Source: Candidatus Kaiserbacteria bacterium (GTDB lineage Bacteria; Patescibacteriota; Minisyncoccia; Phycocordibacterales; Phycocordibacteraceae). Taken from it: DNA of 64,000 bases. The notes beneath the pieces are model-generated. The model ran no database searches and was not told where the DNA came from. It saw only the letters and a program-made list of their open reading frames with translations. Within the stretch, counting starts at the first letter, position 1. Each line of letters starts with the position of its first letter. This document shows, one piece after another, positions 7,847 through 14,898 of the stretch. The stretch spans positions 724,562 to 788,561 of the forward strand of contig OY969413.1 of the NCBI GenBank assembly GCA_963699165.1. Direction: 5' to 3'. Made by a program: the position numbers and the translations under genes.

Positions 7847-8788
7847 ATGAACAACATAGCGAAAATTCGTAAGTCGGCCGCCGTCCGCATATGGCGGGTT
7901 TTGAGTCCTCAGGGACTCAACCACCCGATGGTGTGTGCACCATCGGAGTGGTTGCTCGAGCGGCTCGCGGAGTCCTTCGAGTCTGACGCCCAGATCTCTA
8001 AGGAGATCTGGAAAATTGCGTGCAGGGCGTTTGCTCTGCACTACCCGGGGCTCGAACGGCCCCTGGGGTCGTGCTACCACCCGGACGTGCACGACGTGCT
8101 CGACGTCGTGTATCACTACGGGGCGGCGGCGCAACGCGCGTTGCGCAAGACCGCTGCAGCGGCAGCAGTGGTCGTCACGTCCCAGCGCGAGCTGTGGACG
8201 AAGTCGGACGTGTTCCCGACGGAGGAGGGGACGTATTACGTCCCGCCGACCGGGAAGGGCTTCCGGCACGTCGAGTTGACGGCGGGGTATCTCGGCCGTC
8301 TCGCCGACGCGGTGCGCGAAGGTCGCGCACCGGAGGTGCGGGACATCCGTCCCGAATTCTTCGAAGTCGGCTGGGATGCGCGCATCGAAGCGATGCGTCG
8401 CATCGACGCCAAACTGCGCGAGCAGTATGGCGAACTGGCCGCGCTCGTCGCGCGCGACCACCGGGGCGCCATCGTCGAGTCGACTTCGGACCATCTCGAC
8501 TGGTCCGAACGGTGGTATGACAACGGGCACTGCCCGAACGGTCGTACTACCAACCGGATGGAGACCGACGGCCGAAAGGTCGTCATCTCCTCCGAGGAAA
8601 CCGAGGCGCCGCAGGGGTATTTCTGCGGTGGCGGCCGCAGGGAAATCCGGGTGGACAGCGCCACTTACGCCGTCGACGTTCAGTACGAGCCGAGGGTTGG
8701 GTACCGGCTCGGCCGCGTTTATTTGTGGCCGGGGTATAACCCGGCCACGGTCGCGGAGGCGCTCCACGACGCAATGAACCTCAAGTAG
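7847..8788 (+). CDS. hypothetical protein, high-GC island gene 1
   Basis: Strong RBS AAGGAGGG 8 nt upstream of ATG 7847; about 65% GC, unlike surrounding genome; no recognisable domain. Confidence 0.5.
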   Translation: MNNIAKIRKSAAVRIWRVLSPQGLNHPMVCAPSEWLLERLAESFESDAQISKEIWKIACRAFALHYPGLERPLGSCYHPDVHDVLDVVYHYGAAAQRALRKTAAAAAVVVTSQRELWTKSDVFPTEEGTYYVPPTGKGFRHVELTAGYLGRLADAVREGRAPEVRDIRPEFFEVGWDARIEAMRRIDAKLREQYGELAALVARDHRGAIVESTSDHLDWSERWYDNGHCPNGRTTNRMETDGRKVVISSEETEAPQGYFCGGGRREIRVDSATYAVDVQYEPRVGYRLGRVYLWPGYNPATVAEALHDAMNLK

Positions 8789-9014
8789 TTCGCCCCATGT
8801 GCCGTGCCGCATGGACAGTAGTTCTTTCCCGCAAGCGTAGCACGGAGCGCTGGCAACGAGTTTCGGAAAACTCGTAAATATTTCCGAGGTTGGCAGCGAG
8901 CCGGGCGTTAGTCCATTCGCTTGCAGGCAGGTCTGTGGAGTAGGCGACGGCGGTCCGTTGTCTACTCCACTCTATTCAGCCCGCGAATTGTTCGTTGGCT
9001 GATTGAGAATATGA

Positions 9015-9100
9015 AATCGAATTGCCGTTCCTCTTTTCCGATGGTACGCACTTGTGCGTAGTTTCAGGAAAGAGGAACGGCAATCAACGCGATTGTTGTT
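9015..9100 (+). repeat. island repeat B copy 1: long palindrome ATTGCCGTTCCTCTTTTCC..GGAAAGAGGAACGGCAAT with inner GTACGCAC/GTGCGTA hairpin, upstream of island gene 2
   Basis: Near-identical copy at 9826-9905 upstream of island gene 3. Confidence 0.6.
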
Positions 9101-9159
9101 CCGAAAAATACTCGGGCGCGTGAGCGCCAACCGGCACCGAAAGGTGCGAGGAGAGAGTC

Positions 9160-9690
9160 GTGAAATTTTTGCTCCCTAAGTTCGCCTATCACCACTGGTT
9201 GGGCAACCAGGGCCTCACGAGTTATCGTTGGGGGCAGCTCGAGGACCCCGACGTGGAGGTAATCGTTTTCCCGGATGGCCGGGTGTACCTGCCTGCGGGC
9301 GACTTCAAGCAGGCCTATGACCTGCAACAGGTCGGACCCGGAGTGTACCGGCTCCCCGCACCGGTGCCATACCACTGGGCCGGGGAGGAAGCAGACCTTG
9401 TCTGCTTTGGTTGGGGTGATGGGGACCCCGACCAAGAGCTCGTGGTCTGCCCGGATGGCCGTGGGGTCTATATGGCCGCCGGGGACTCCGGCCAGGCCTA
9501 TGCCCTTCGGCGTGGCCAGATGGGCCGGGAGGATTTCCCGATCGGCACCCGGGTCCGGTACCCGGATTTCGGCGAAGGGACCGTCGTCAGCCACGGGCCA
9601 AGTTGGTCCGTCTCCGTTCAATTCGATACGGATCATCCTGCGTCCCTGAGGGCTTTCCAGCCCAGGCGGCTGGAAAAAATCGTTCCGTAG
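9160..9690 (+). CDS. hypothetical protein with internal tandem duplication, island gene 2
   Basis: GTG start after GAGGAGAGAG RBS; internal repeat VFPDGRVYLPAGDFKQAYDL / VCPDGRGVYMAAGDSGQAYAL; high GC. Confidence 0.5.
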   Translation: MKFLLPKFAYHHWLGNQGLTSYRWGQLEDPDVEVIVFPDGRVYLPAGDFKQAYDLQQVGPGVYRLPAPVPYHWAGEEADLVCFGWGDGDPDQELVVCPDGRGVYMAAGDSGQAYALRRGQMGREDFPIGTRVRYPDFGEGTVVSHGPSWSVSVQFDTDHPASLRAFQPRRLEKIVP

Positions 9691-9825
9691 CGGGATGGTT
9701 CCCGCAAAATGGTTCGGGCGGCGCGCGAAAGCGCGCCGCCCACGAGGGACGAGTATGGAATACTCGTTCTTTCTGTATCGGGATGTGTGTCCCGACTGAT
9801 GAGCTCGAAAGGGCGAAACAGAAAT
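9690..9825 (+). repeat. island repeat A copy 1 (about 135 bp) containing hammerhead ribozyme
   Basis: Near-identical to 10456-10592; contains hairpins GGGCGGCGCGCG-AAA-GCGCGCCGCCC and ACGAGTAT-GGA-ATACTCGT, then the hammerhead motif. Confidence 0.7.
9766..9824 (+). ncRNA. type III hammerhead ribozyme (HHR-1)
   Basis: Helix III 5' strand UUCUUUCUG, cleavage triplet GUA (9775-9777), helix I hairpin UCGGGA-UGUGUG-UCCCGA, CUGAUGAG (9796-9803), helix II CUC-GAAA-GGG, CGAAAC (9814-9819), helix III 3' strand AGAAA; 7 Watson-Crick pairs in helix III including A15.1-U16.1. Confidence 0.8.
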
Positions 9826-9905
9826 TGCCGTTCCTCTTTTCCGACGGTACGCGTGGAGCGTAGTTTCAGGAAAGAGGAACGGCAATCAACGCGATTGTTG
9901 TTCCG
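9826..9905 (+). repeat. island repeat B copy 2
   Basis: AATTGCCGTTCCTCTTTTCCGACGGTACGCGTGGAGCGTAGTTTCAGGAAAGAGGAACGGCAATCAACGCGATTGTTGTTCCGA; directly follows HHR-1. Confidence 0.6.
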
Positions 9906-9968
9906 ATGAATTCACTCGGCGCATGTGCGCCGATTCTGCCGCACCGAAAGTGCGACGAGGAGGACACC

Positions 9969-10409
9969 ATGAGTTACTACGGACAAACGACGATTCAATG
10001 CCCGATATGCCAAGTTCAGGCAGGGGAACCATGCCGCGACGGGGGTCCTTTCGGCCACTCCGCGCGAGACACACTCGCGCGGGCGATGCGGTTGTCCGAG
10101 CCCAGAAGGGCTGCTGCGGCCGCTCGGCTGCCTGTCATCCGCCGCGTATGGGCGGATGACCGGGCCTGGATTGTTGATCCAGACCTAGCGGTGCTCCGCG
10201 CTTGGCTCAAGGCGCCGAGTCAAGAGACTTGGCTCGACGCCTACAAGACGGCTCTCAAAATTGAGAGCTGGCTGGCCGATTACGCCCAGCGTTGCAATCT
10301 CGCAATGGAGGCGAGACTAGACGCGGGCGGTCGCGCTATCCACGACCTCATAGACATCCTGCGGAACGAAACCGACGAAGCCGCCGCTGCCTCGCCCGTG
10401 CGCGAGTAG
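9969..10409 (+). CDS. hypothetical protein, island gene 3
   Basis: ATG after GAGGAGGA RBS; begins MSYYGQTTIQCPICQ; high GC. Confidence 0.5.
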   Translation: MSYYGQTTIQCPICQVQAGEPCRDGGPFGHSARDTLARAMRLSEPRRAAAAARLPVIRRVWADDRAWIVDPDLAVLRAWLKAPSQETWLDAYKTALKIESWLADYAQRCNLAMEARLDAGGRAIHDLIDILRNETDEAAAASPVRE

Positions 10410-10455
10410 TTCTTTCCAGTTAATCGCCAGCGCGGCACGGCGCGCTGGCACAAGC

Positions 10456-10592
10456 GCGGGATGGTTCCCGCAAAATGGTTCGGGCGGCGCGCGAAAGCGC
10501 GCCGCCCACGAGGGACGAGTATGGAATACTCGTTCTTTCTGTATCGGGATGTATGTCCCGACTGATGAGCTCGAAAGAGCGAAACAGAAAAG
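10456..10592 (+). repeat. island repeat A copy 2 containing hammerhead ribozyme
   Basis: About 97% identical to 9690-9825. Confidence 0.7.
10533..10591 (+). ncRNA. type III hammerhead ribozyme (HHR-2)
   Basis: GUA cleavage triplet 10541-10543, helix I UCGGGA-UGUAUG-UCCCGA, CUGAUGAG 10562-10569, helix II CUC-GAAA-GAG (perfect), CGAAAC 10580-10585, helix III AGAAA. Confidence 0.8.
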
Positions 10593-10721
10593 TCCACAAA
10601 GGGCTATAGGTCGTTCGAAGAACCGAAATGAAGTGCGGTGTGAGTTCTAAAATCTCTCTCCTCTAGCACTGCACTTTTATTCGAATCTCTCGGCCTGTAG
10701 CCCTTTTGGGATTTCGACAAA

Positions 10722-10749
10722 CCCCGCGCCGCAGGCGCGGGGCTTTTTG
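10722..10749 (+). terminator. rho-independent terminator CCCCGCGCC-GCAG-GCGCGGGG + TTTTT
   Basis: GC hairpin followed by T-run; identical hairpin recurs at 13707-13727. Confidence 0.6.
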
Positions 10750-10833
10750 TATGGTATGTCTTTGCTCAAAATAAACGAAGAATGTTTGGAATTCGAGCCG
10801 CATTTTTGAATGCAAACGTGGTATAATACACAT

Positions 10834-11082
10834 ATGACAGAATTACCGGCCAACATCAAGCGGCTATTCTGGGATATGGATTCGGATGCGCTCGACGCCG
10901 AAAAACACGCCGATGCGATAATCGAACGCGTATTGAATACGGGTTCACTTGCCGATTGGAAATGGCTCGTTCAAAATTATGGAACTGGCGCTATCCAGTC
11001 CCGTCTTTCCCGAAAAACAATGTTTGGCCGCGACAACTTCCGCCCGGAATCGCGCCGTCTTGCATCGCTCATCTTGCGATAA
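10834..11082 (+). CDS. small hypothetical protein upstream of AbiEii gene (possible cognate antitoxin partner)
   Basis: 83-aa ORF ending 1 nt before the AbiEii start codon; TATAAT-like -10 at about 10822. Confidence 0.4.
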   Translation: MTELPANIKRLFWDMDSDALDAEKHADAIIERVLNTGSLADWKWLVQNYGTGAIQSRLSRKTMFGRDNFRPESRRLASLILR

Positions 11083-11083
11083 C

Positions 11084-11710
11084 ATGATTCATTTTGAGGC
11101 ACTAACGTCGGAAGCGCGGGAATTGTTTCCACTCCTTTCGGCGTTCAAAAAAGATTTTTATCTGGCGGGCGGTACGGCGCTTGCACTTCAGCTCGGACAT
11201 CGCATATCCGTCGATTTCGATTTGTTTTCACCGGACCCGATAAAGAAAAATCTGCTCGGAAAAGTCGAGGCGCTGTATGCGCTCCGTACGATTGAAGTTT
11301 TTATAAATAATTCCCGCGAACTCACGCTCACTGTGAGTGGCGTGAAGCACACCTTTCTGCATTATCCGTTTCCGGTTCTTCTTCCTATATCCGAACATGA
11401 GCCGGTGGACACGCTTTCGCCGCAAGAGATTCTCGCCACCAAGGCGTACACGATAGGCAGGAGAGGTTCGCAGAAGGACTACGTCGATTTGTACACCGGA
11501 GTATCCGAGCACGTTTCAACACTCGCGGATGTGATTCAATCGGCACGGACGAAATACGGCGATGCATTTAACGACCGACTATTTCTAGAGCAGCTTCTCT
11601 ATCTAGACGACGTTCCGCAAGCAGCCATGCAGATGCTCAAAGGCGCCGCGCCCACGCGGGAAGAACTTGTAGATTTTTTTCAAAGACAAATTGCAGGACT
11701 CTTATTGTAG
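11084..11710 (+). CDS. nucleotidyltransferase AbiEii/AbiGii toxin-family protein
   Basis: FYLAGGTALALQLGHRISVDFDLFS N-terminal motif characteristic of AbiEii (Pfam PF08843-like) family. Confidence 0.6.
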   Translation: MIHFEALTSEARELFPLLSAFKKDFYLAGGTALALQLGHRISVDFDLFSPDPIKKNLLGKVEALYALRTIEVFINNSRELTLTVSGVKHTFLHYPFPVLLPISEHEPVDTLSPQEILATKAYTIGRRGSQKDYVDLYTGVSEHVSTLADVIQSARTKYGDAFNDRLFLEQLLYLDDVPQAAMQMLKGAAPTREELVDFFQRQIAGLLL

Positions 11711-11871
11711 AAAGAACGATTGAGAGGGAATACAAAAAACGGTCTAACAGTGAAAATTTCACCTTTCAATCGCACATATTGATGCATGGGATAAGAATTT
11801 TGAAAAACAAACTATGTAAGGTTCGTCAAAAATCGGACAACTTTATATAGTTTGCTATGACAAAAAAATTT

Positions 11872-12720
11872 CTACCCCGATGACTTGAGCGGTTTGTTTT
11901 TGAGACTGGCAAGAATGCGCCTGTGGTCTTCTTCCGCCAAATCCCAAAGGTAGTTAAAAATCATTTCAAATGTCGCATGAATGGCGGGATTTTCGATGAT
12001 GGTGGTTATGATTGATTCCTTATAGGCAGTTATGCCGACCTTGTTTCCATACATTAGAATCTGAGCAGGGATGTTCAATCTTTCTGCCGGAACAAAGCGC
12101 CGTGTCGTAAGTCGCTCGGAATCGCGGGCAATGATTTCTTCAAGACTTCTTTTCAAGAGATTTTCCGCCAGTGGAGTAATTGCTTGCGTCTGTATACCTA
12201 ACTTTCTTTGCTCCGCAATTTGAGCTCGTAGTACTTCCGCCAGTTCAGGATGACGATTATCTTCTGGTGAACGAATAAGCTTCATATCCTGCCGATTATT
12301 TAGGATGTCCTCGTACAGCTCTGCCACGCCGGCAACGCCCTCAAGTATCCGTATGCCGGGAGAGCCGGACTTTGCATTGAAATCCGAAATGAGTTTTGCA
12401 AGCACTCCGTCAACGGCGATTCTTGCCTCTTTTGCTTGTTCAAAGCGCTTGTCGACAATCTCTTTCAGTTTGAATGGATGCGCCGCTGAAAAGAGCGCTA
12501 CTTTGCCGGGCGCATCTTCTTTTTCAATAAGTCCCAGCTTTTGTAGTTCTTGAAGCGCTTTATACGCCAAGGTTCGAGGCACTCCCGCGAGCCGCGCTGC
12601 GCGACTCGCGGTCATTTTTCCTTGTCGAACAATCGTTTCGTACATCTTCGCTTGGTGCACCGTCAGACCGCCTTCAGCCAGCGATTGATAATTTGGAGAC
12701 CGCTTTTCATTTGAATTCAT
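11872..12720 (-). CDS. TrmB-family HTH transcriptional regulator
   Basis: N-terminal winged HTH (LTVHQAKMYETIVRQGKMTASRAARLAGVPRTLAYKALQELQKLGLIE). Confidence 0.55.
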   Translation of the reverse strand: MNSNEKRSPNYQSLAEGGLTVHQAKMYETIVRQGKMTASRAARLAGVPRTLAYKALQELQKLGLIEKEDAPGKVALFSAAHPFKLKEIVDKRFEQAKEARIAVDGVLAKLISDFNAKSGSPGIRILEGVAGVAELYEDILNNRQDMKLIRSPEDNRHPELAEVLRAQIAEQRKLGIQTQAITPLAENLLKRSLEEIIARDSERLTTRRFVPAERLNIPAQILMYGNKVGITAYKESIITTIIENPAIHATFEMIFNYLWDLAEEDHRRILASLKNKPLKSSG

Positions 12721-12937
12721 GGATTTAATCCTAATCCTCAATATTTGTTTTGTAAAGTATATTTTACAATTCTACAGTTTGAAATATCGATATTCGGCAA
12801 TAATTTAAAGCATATTTGCAATCATTGTATTTATATGTTGACATAATATATTTTATCGATTACTTTCCTACTTGTCATGGTGTTTCAGGTCAGGCCGACG
12901 CACCGTGACAACATTGATCTTTGTCTAGATGGTTTTG

Positions 12938-13050
12938 CCCCAGCTGAAAATACTTCAAACGCCGTATTGGAGTGTTACCAGCTGAGGCAAATGCCACAGT
13001 CCTTAACTCTCGGGCTAGAGAGTTTCCGACACAGTCGGAGAAGGAGAAAA
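12938..13050 (+). promoter_or_regulatory. conserved structured leader (copy 1) upstream of small high-GC ORF
   Basis: About 85% identical to 13374-13485; CAGCTG..CAGCTG, GGCAAATGCC and TCCGACACAGTCGGA stem-loops followed by GGAGAAGGAG RBS. Confidence 0.45.
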
Positions 13051-13051
13051 C

Positions 13052-13282
13052 ATGGACATGAATACCAACGGCTGCCTCTTGCTGGTCGAGGCAATAATCG
13101 ACCAAGCCCGCCTGGACGAGGCGCGCGAGCCCGGCGCGTTTGCGGAAGCGGTCCTCGAGTGGGGACCGTGGTCGGGGCTCTCTGACGAGGAGCTCGACAC
13201 CGCAATCGCATCGCGGCGGACGCGTCGTGGCCGGTCGGAGAACGGGAGAGATGTTTCCGGAAAAACTCCTCTCCCCCTTTGA
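13052..13282 (+). CDS. small hypothetical protein (76 aa), high GC
   Basis: ATG 8 nt after GGAGAAGGAG RBS. Confidence 0.4.
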   Translation: MDMNTNGCLLLVEAIIDQARLDEAREPGAFAEAVLEWGPWSGLSDEELDTAIASRRTRRGRSENGRDVSGKTPLPL

Positions 13283-13373
13283 TGGGCGCATAAGCATACG
13301 CTTGTGCACCCATAGAGGACGCTCATTGTCTTTATCTAGCGCAGACTATCTACTCTGCAAAATATGCCTTTGC

Positions 13374-13485
13374 CTTAGCTGAAAATACTTCAAGCTCATA
13401 TGGAGTGTTACCAGCTGGGGCAAATGCCACGACCCCATCTCTCGGGTATGAGAGTTTCCGACACAGTCGGAGAAGGGTCCCAACT
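13374..13485 (+). promoter_or_regulatory. conserved structured leader (copy 2)
   Basis: Paralogous to 12938-13050. Confidence 0.45.
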
Positions 13486-13692
13486 ATGAGCAAGACCGCC
13501 ACGAATCTGGTTGTGCTGGTGCTCATGGCCGCCATCGTGGCCGCCAATGTGTCGGGGTGGGTCCTCTACGGGATGCATCAGCATCCGTGGTGGGCAATGC
13601 CGGTACGCTGGACAGCGTTCTCCGTACTTGCAATCTTCGCGATTGCCGGCGCGGTGAAGTTGGCCGCTGACTGGAGGAAGCCATCGCCATGA
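13486..13692 (+). CDS. small membrane protein (68 aa), high GC
   Basis: MSKTATNLVVLVLMAAIVAANVSGWVLYG... two predicted TM helices; followed by terminator. Confidence 0.4.
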   Translation: MSKTATNLVVLVLMAAIVAANVSGWVLYGMHQHPWWAMPVRWTAFSVLAIFAIAGAVKLAADWRKPSP

Positions 13693-13706
13693 AATTCCTC
13701 CGTCCA

Positions 13707-13735
13707 ACCCCGCGCCGCAGGCGCGGGGTTTGTTG
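13707..13735 (+). terminator. rho-independent terminator CCCCGCGCCGCAGGCGCGGGG + TTTGTTGT
   Basis: Same hairpin sequence as at 10722. Confidence 0.55.
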
Positions 13736-13762
13736 TATTCAAAATCGGCGTAGTATGAGGGC

Positions 13763-14890
13763 ATGGAACCCCTCGCCGCTCGGATACGACCGCAGACGCT
13801 CGACGAAGTCGTGGGGCAGGAACACCTTGTGGGAGAAGGGAAGCCGCTTCGCGTCGCAGTCGAGAAGAAGCACAAGTTTTCTTTCATATTGTGGGGACCG
13901 CCCGGAACAGGGAAGACGACCATCGCGCGCATTTATGCGCGCGCGCTTCACGCGGCGCTTTTTGAACTATCGGCGGTTTCGGCAGGGAAGGACGACGTCC
14001 GAAAAATCATCGCCGCCGATGCGAAAGGGAAGGACAAGGTGTTGTTTCTCGACGAAATCCACCGGTTTAACAAAAGCCAGCAGGATTTTCTCCTGCCGTA
14101 TGTCGAAAGCGGGGAATTGACGCTCATCGGCGCGACGACGGAAAATCCTTCGTTTGAAGTCATCTCACCGCTTTTGTCGCGCTGCCGCGTCTTTGTGCTT
14201 GAACCGCTCTCGGAAGAAGCGCTTCGCGCCATCGTTAAGCGCACGAAGCTGAAAGTGAAAAAGGATGCATTTGATTGGCTTTTGGGGTACGCGAACGGCG
14301 ACGCCCGCAAAGCGCTCGGTATGATGGAAGGCGCACAGAGTTTATATGGAGAAATTACGGCCGAGACGCTAAGCAATGCGCTTGAGTCGCCGCATCTGCG
14401 CTACGACAAAAAGGGCGAGGAGCACTACGACACCGTGAGCGCGTTTATAAAAAGCATGCGCGCTTCGCAGGCAAATGCGGCGATGTATTATCTTGCGCGC
14501 ATGGTCGAAGCAGGGGAGGACCCGATATTTATTGCACGAAGGATGGTTGTTTTCGCTTCGGAAGACGTGGGCCTTGCTCAGCCGACGGCGCTCGTCGTCG
14601 CAAATGCCGTCTTTCGCGCATGCGAGACCATCGGCTACCCTGAATGCGCGATAAATCTGGCGCACGGCGTCGCGTACCTCGCACAGGCAAAGAAAGACCG
14701 CTCCGCTTACGACGCGTTACGCGCCGCGCAGGCGGACGTACGCGAGTACGGAAACCTGCCCGTGCCGAAGAAAATTCGAAACCCGGTCACGAAACTGATG
14801 AAAGACCTCGACTACGGCAAAGGATACGAAAAGTATGATTCCGAGGATTATCTGCCGGACGCATTAAAGAAAAAGAGGTATTTTAAATAA
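13763..14890 (+). CDS. rarA: replication-associated recombination protein A (AAA+ ATPase, MgsA/WRNIP1 family)
   Basis: IRPQTLDEVVGQEHL, Walker A GPPGTGKTT, FLDEIHRFNKSQQD motifs. Confidence 0.85.
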   Translation: MEPLAARIRPQTLDEVVGQEHLVGEGKPLRVAVEKKHKFSFILWGPPGTGKTTIARIYARALHAALFELSAVSAGKDDVRKIIAADAKGKDKVLFLDEIHRFNKSQQDFLLPYVESGELTLIGATTENPSFEVISPLLSRCRVFVLEPLSEEALRAIVKRTKLKVKKDAFDWLLGYANGDARKALGMMEGAQSLYGEITAETLSNALESPHLRYDKKGEEHYDTVSAFIKSMRASQANAAMYYLARMVEAGEDPIFIARRMVVFASEDVGLAQPTALVVANAVFRACETIGYPECAINLAHGVAYLAQAKKDRSAYDALRAAQADVREYGNLPVPKKIRNPVTKLMKDLDYGKGYEKYDSEDYLPDALKKKRYFK

Positions 14891-14898
14891 CATACGGT

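Noticed and set aside
7823-8812. 329-aa ORF on minus strand (plus 114-166-aa ORFs at 7935-8777) overlapping island gene 1
   Set aside because: Antisense or out-of-frame ORFs are expected by chance in 65% GC DNA (few stop codons). Arg/Ala/Pro-rich low-complexity translation, no RBS. The plus-strand gene has a strong RBS.
9015-9100. Repeat B long palindrome as a second ribozyme class (twister/pistol/hatchet)
   Set aside because: I could not match any conserved core of known small self-cleaving ribozymes. It is more parsimoniously a terminator or operator-like long hairpin, so it is left as an open question under the island finding.
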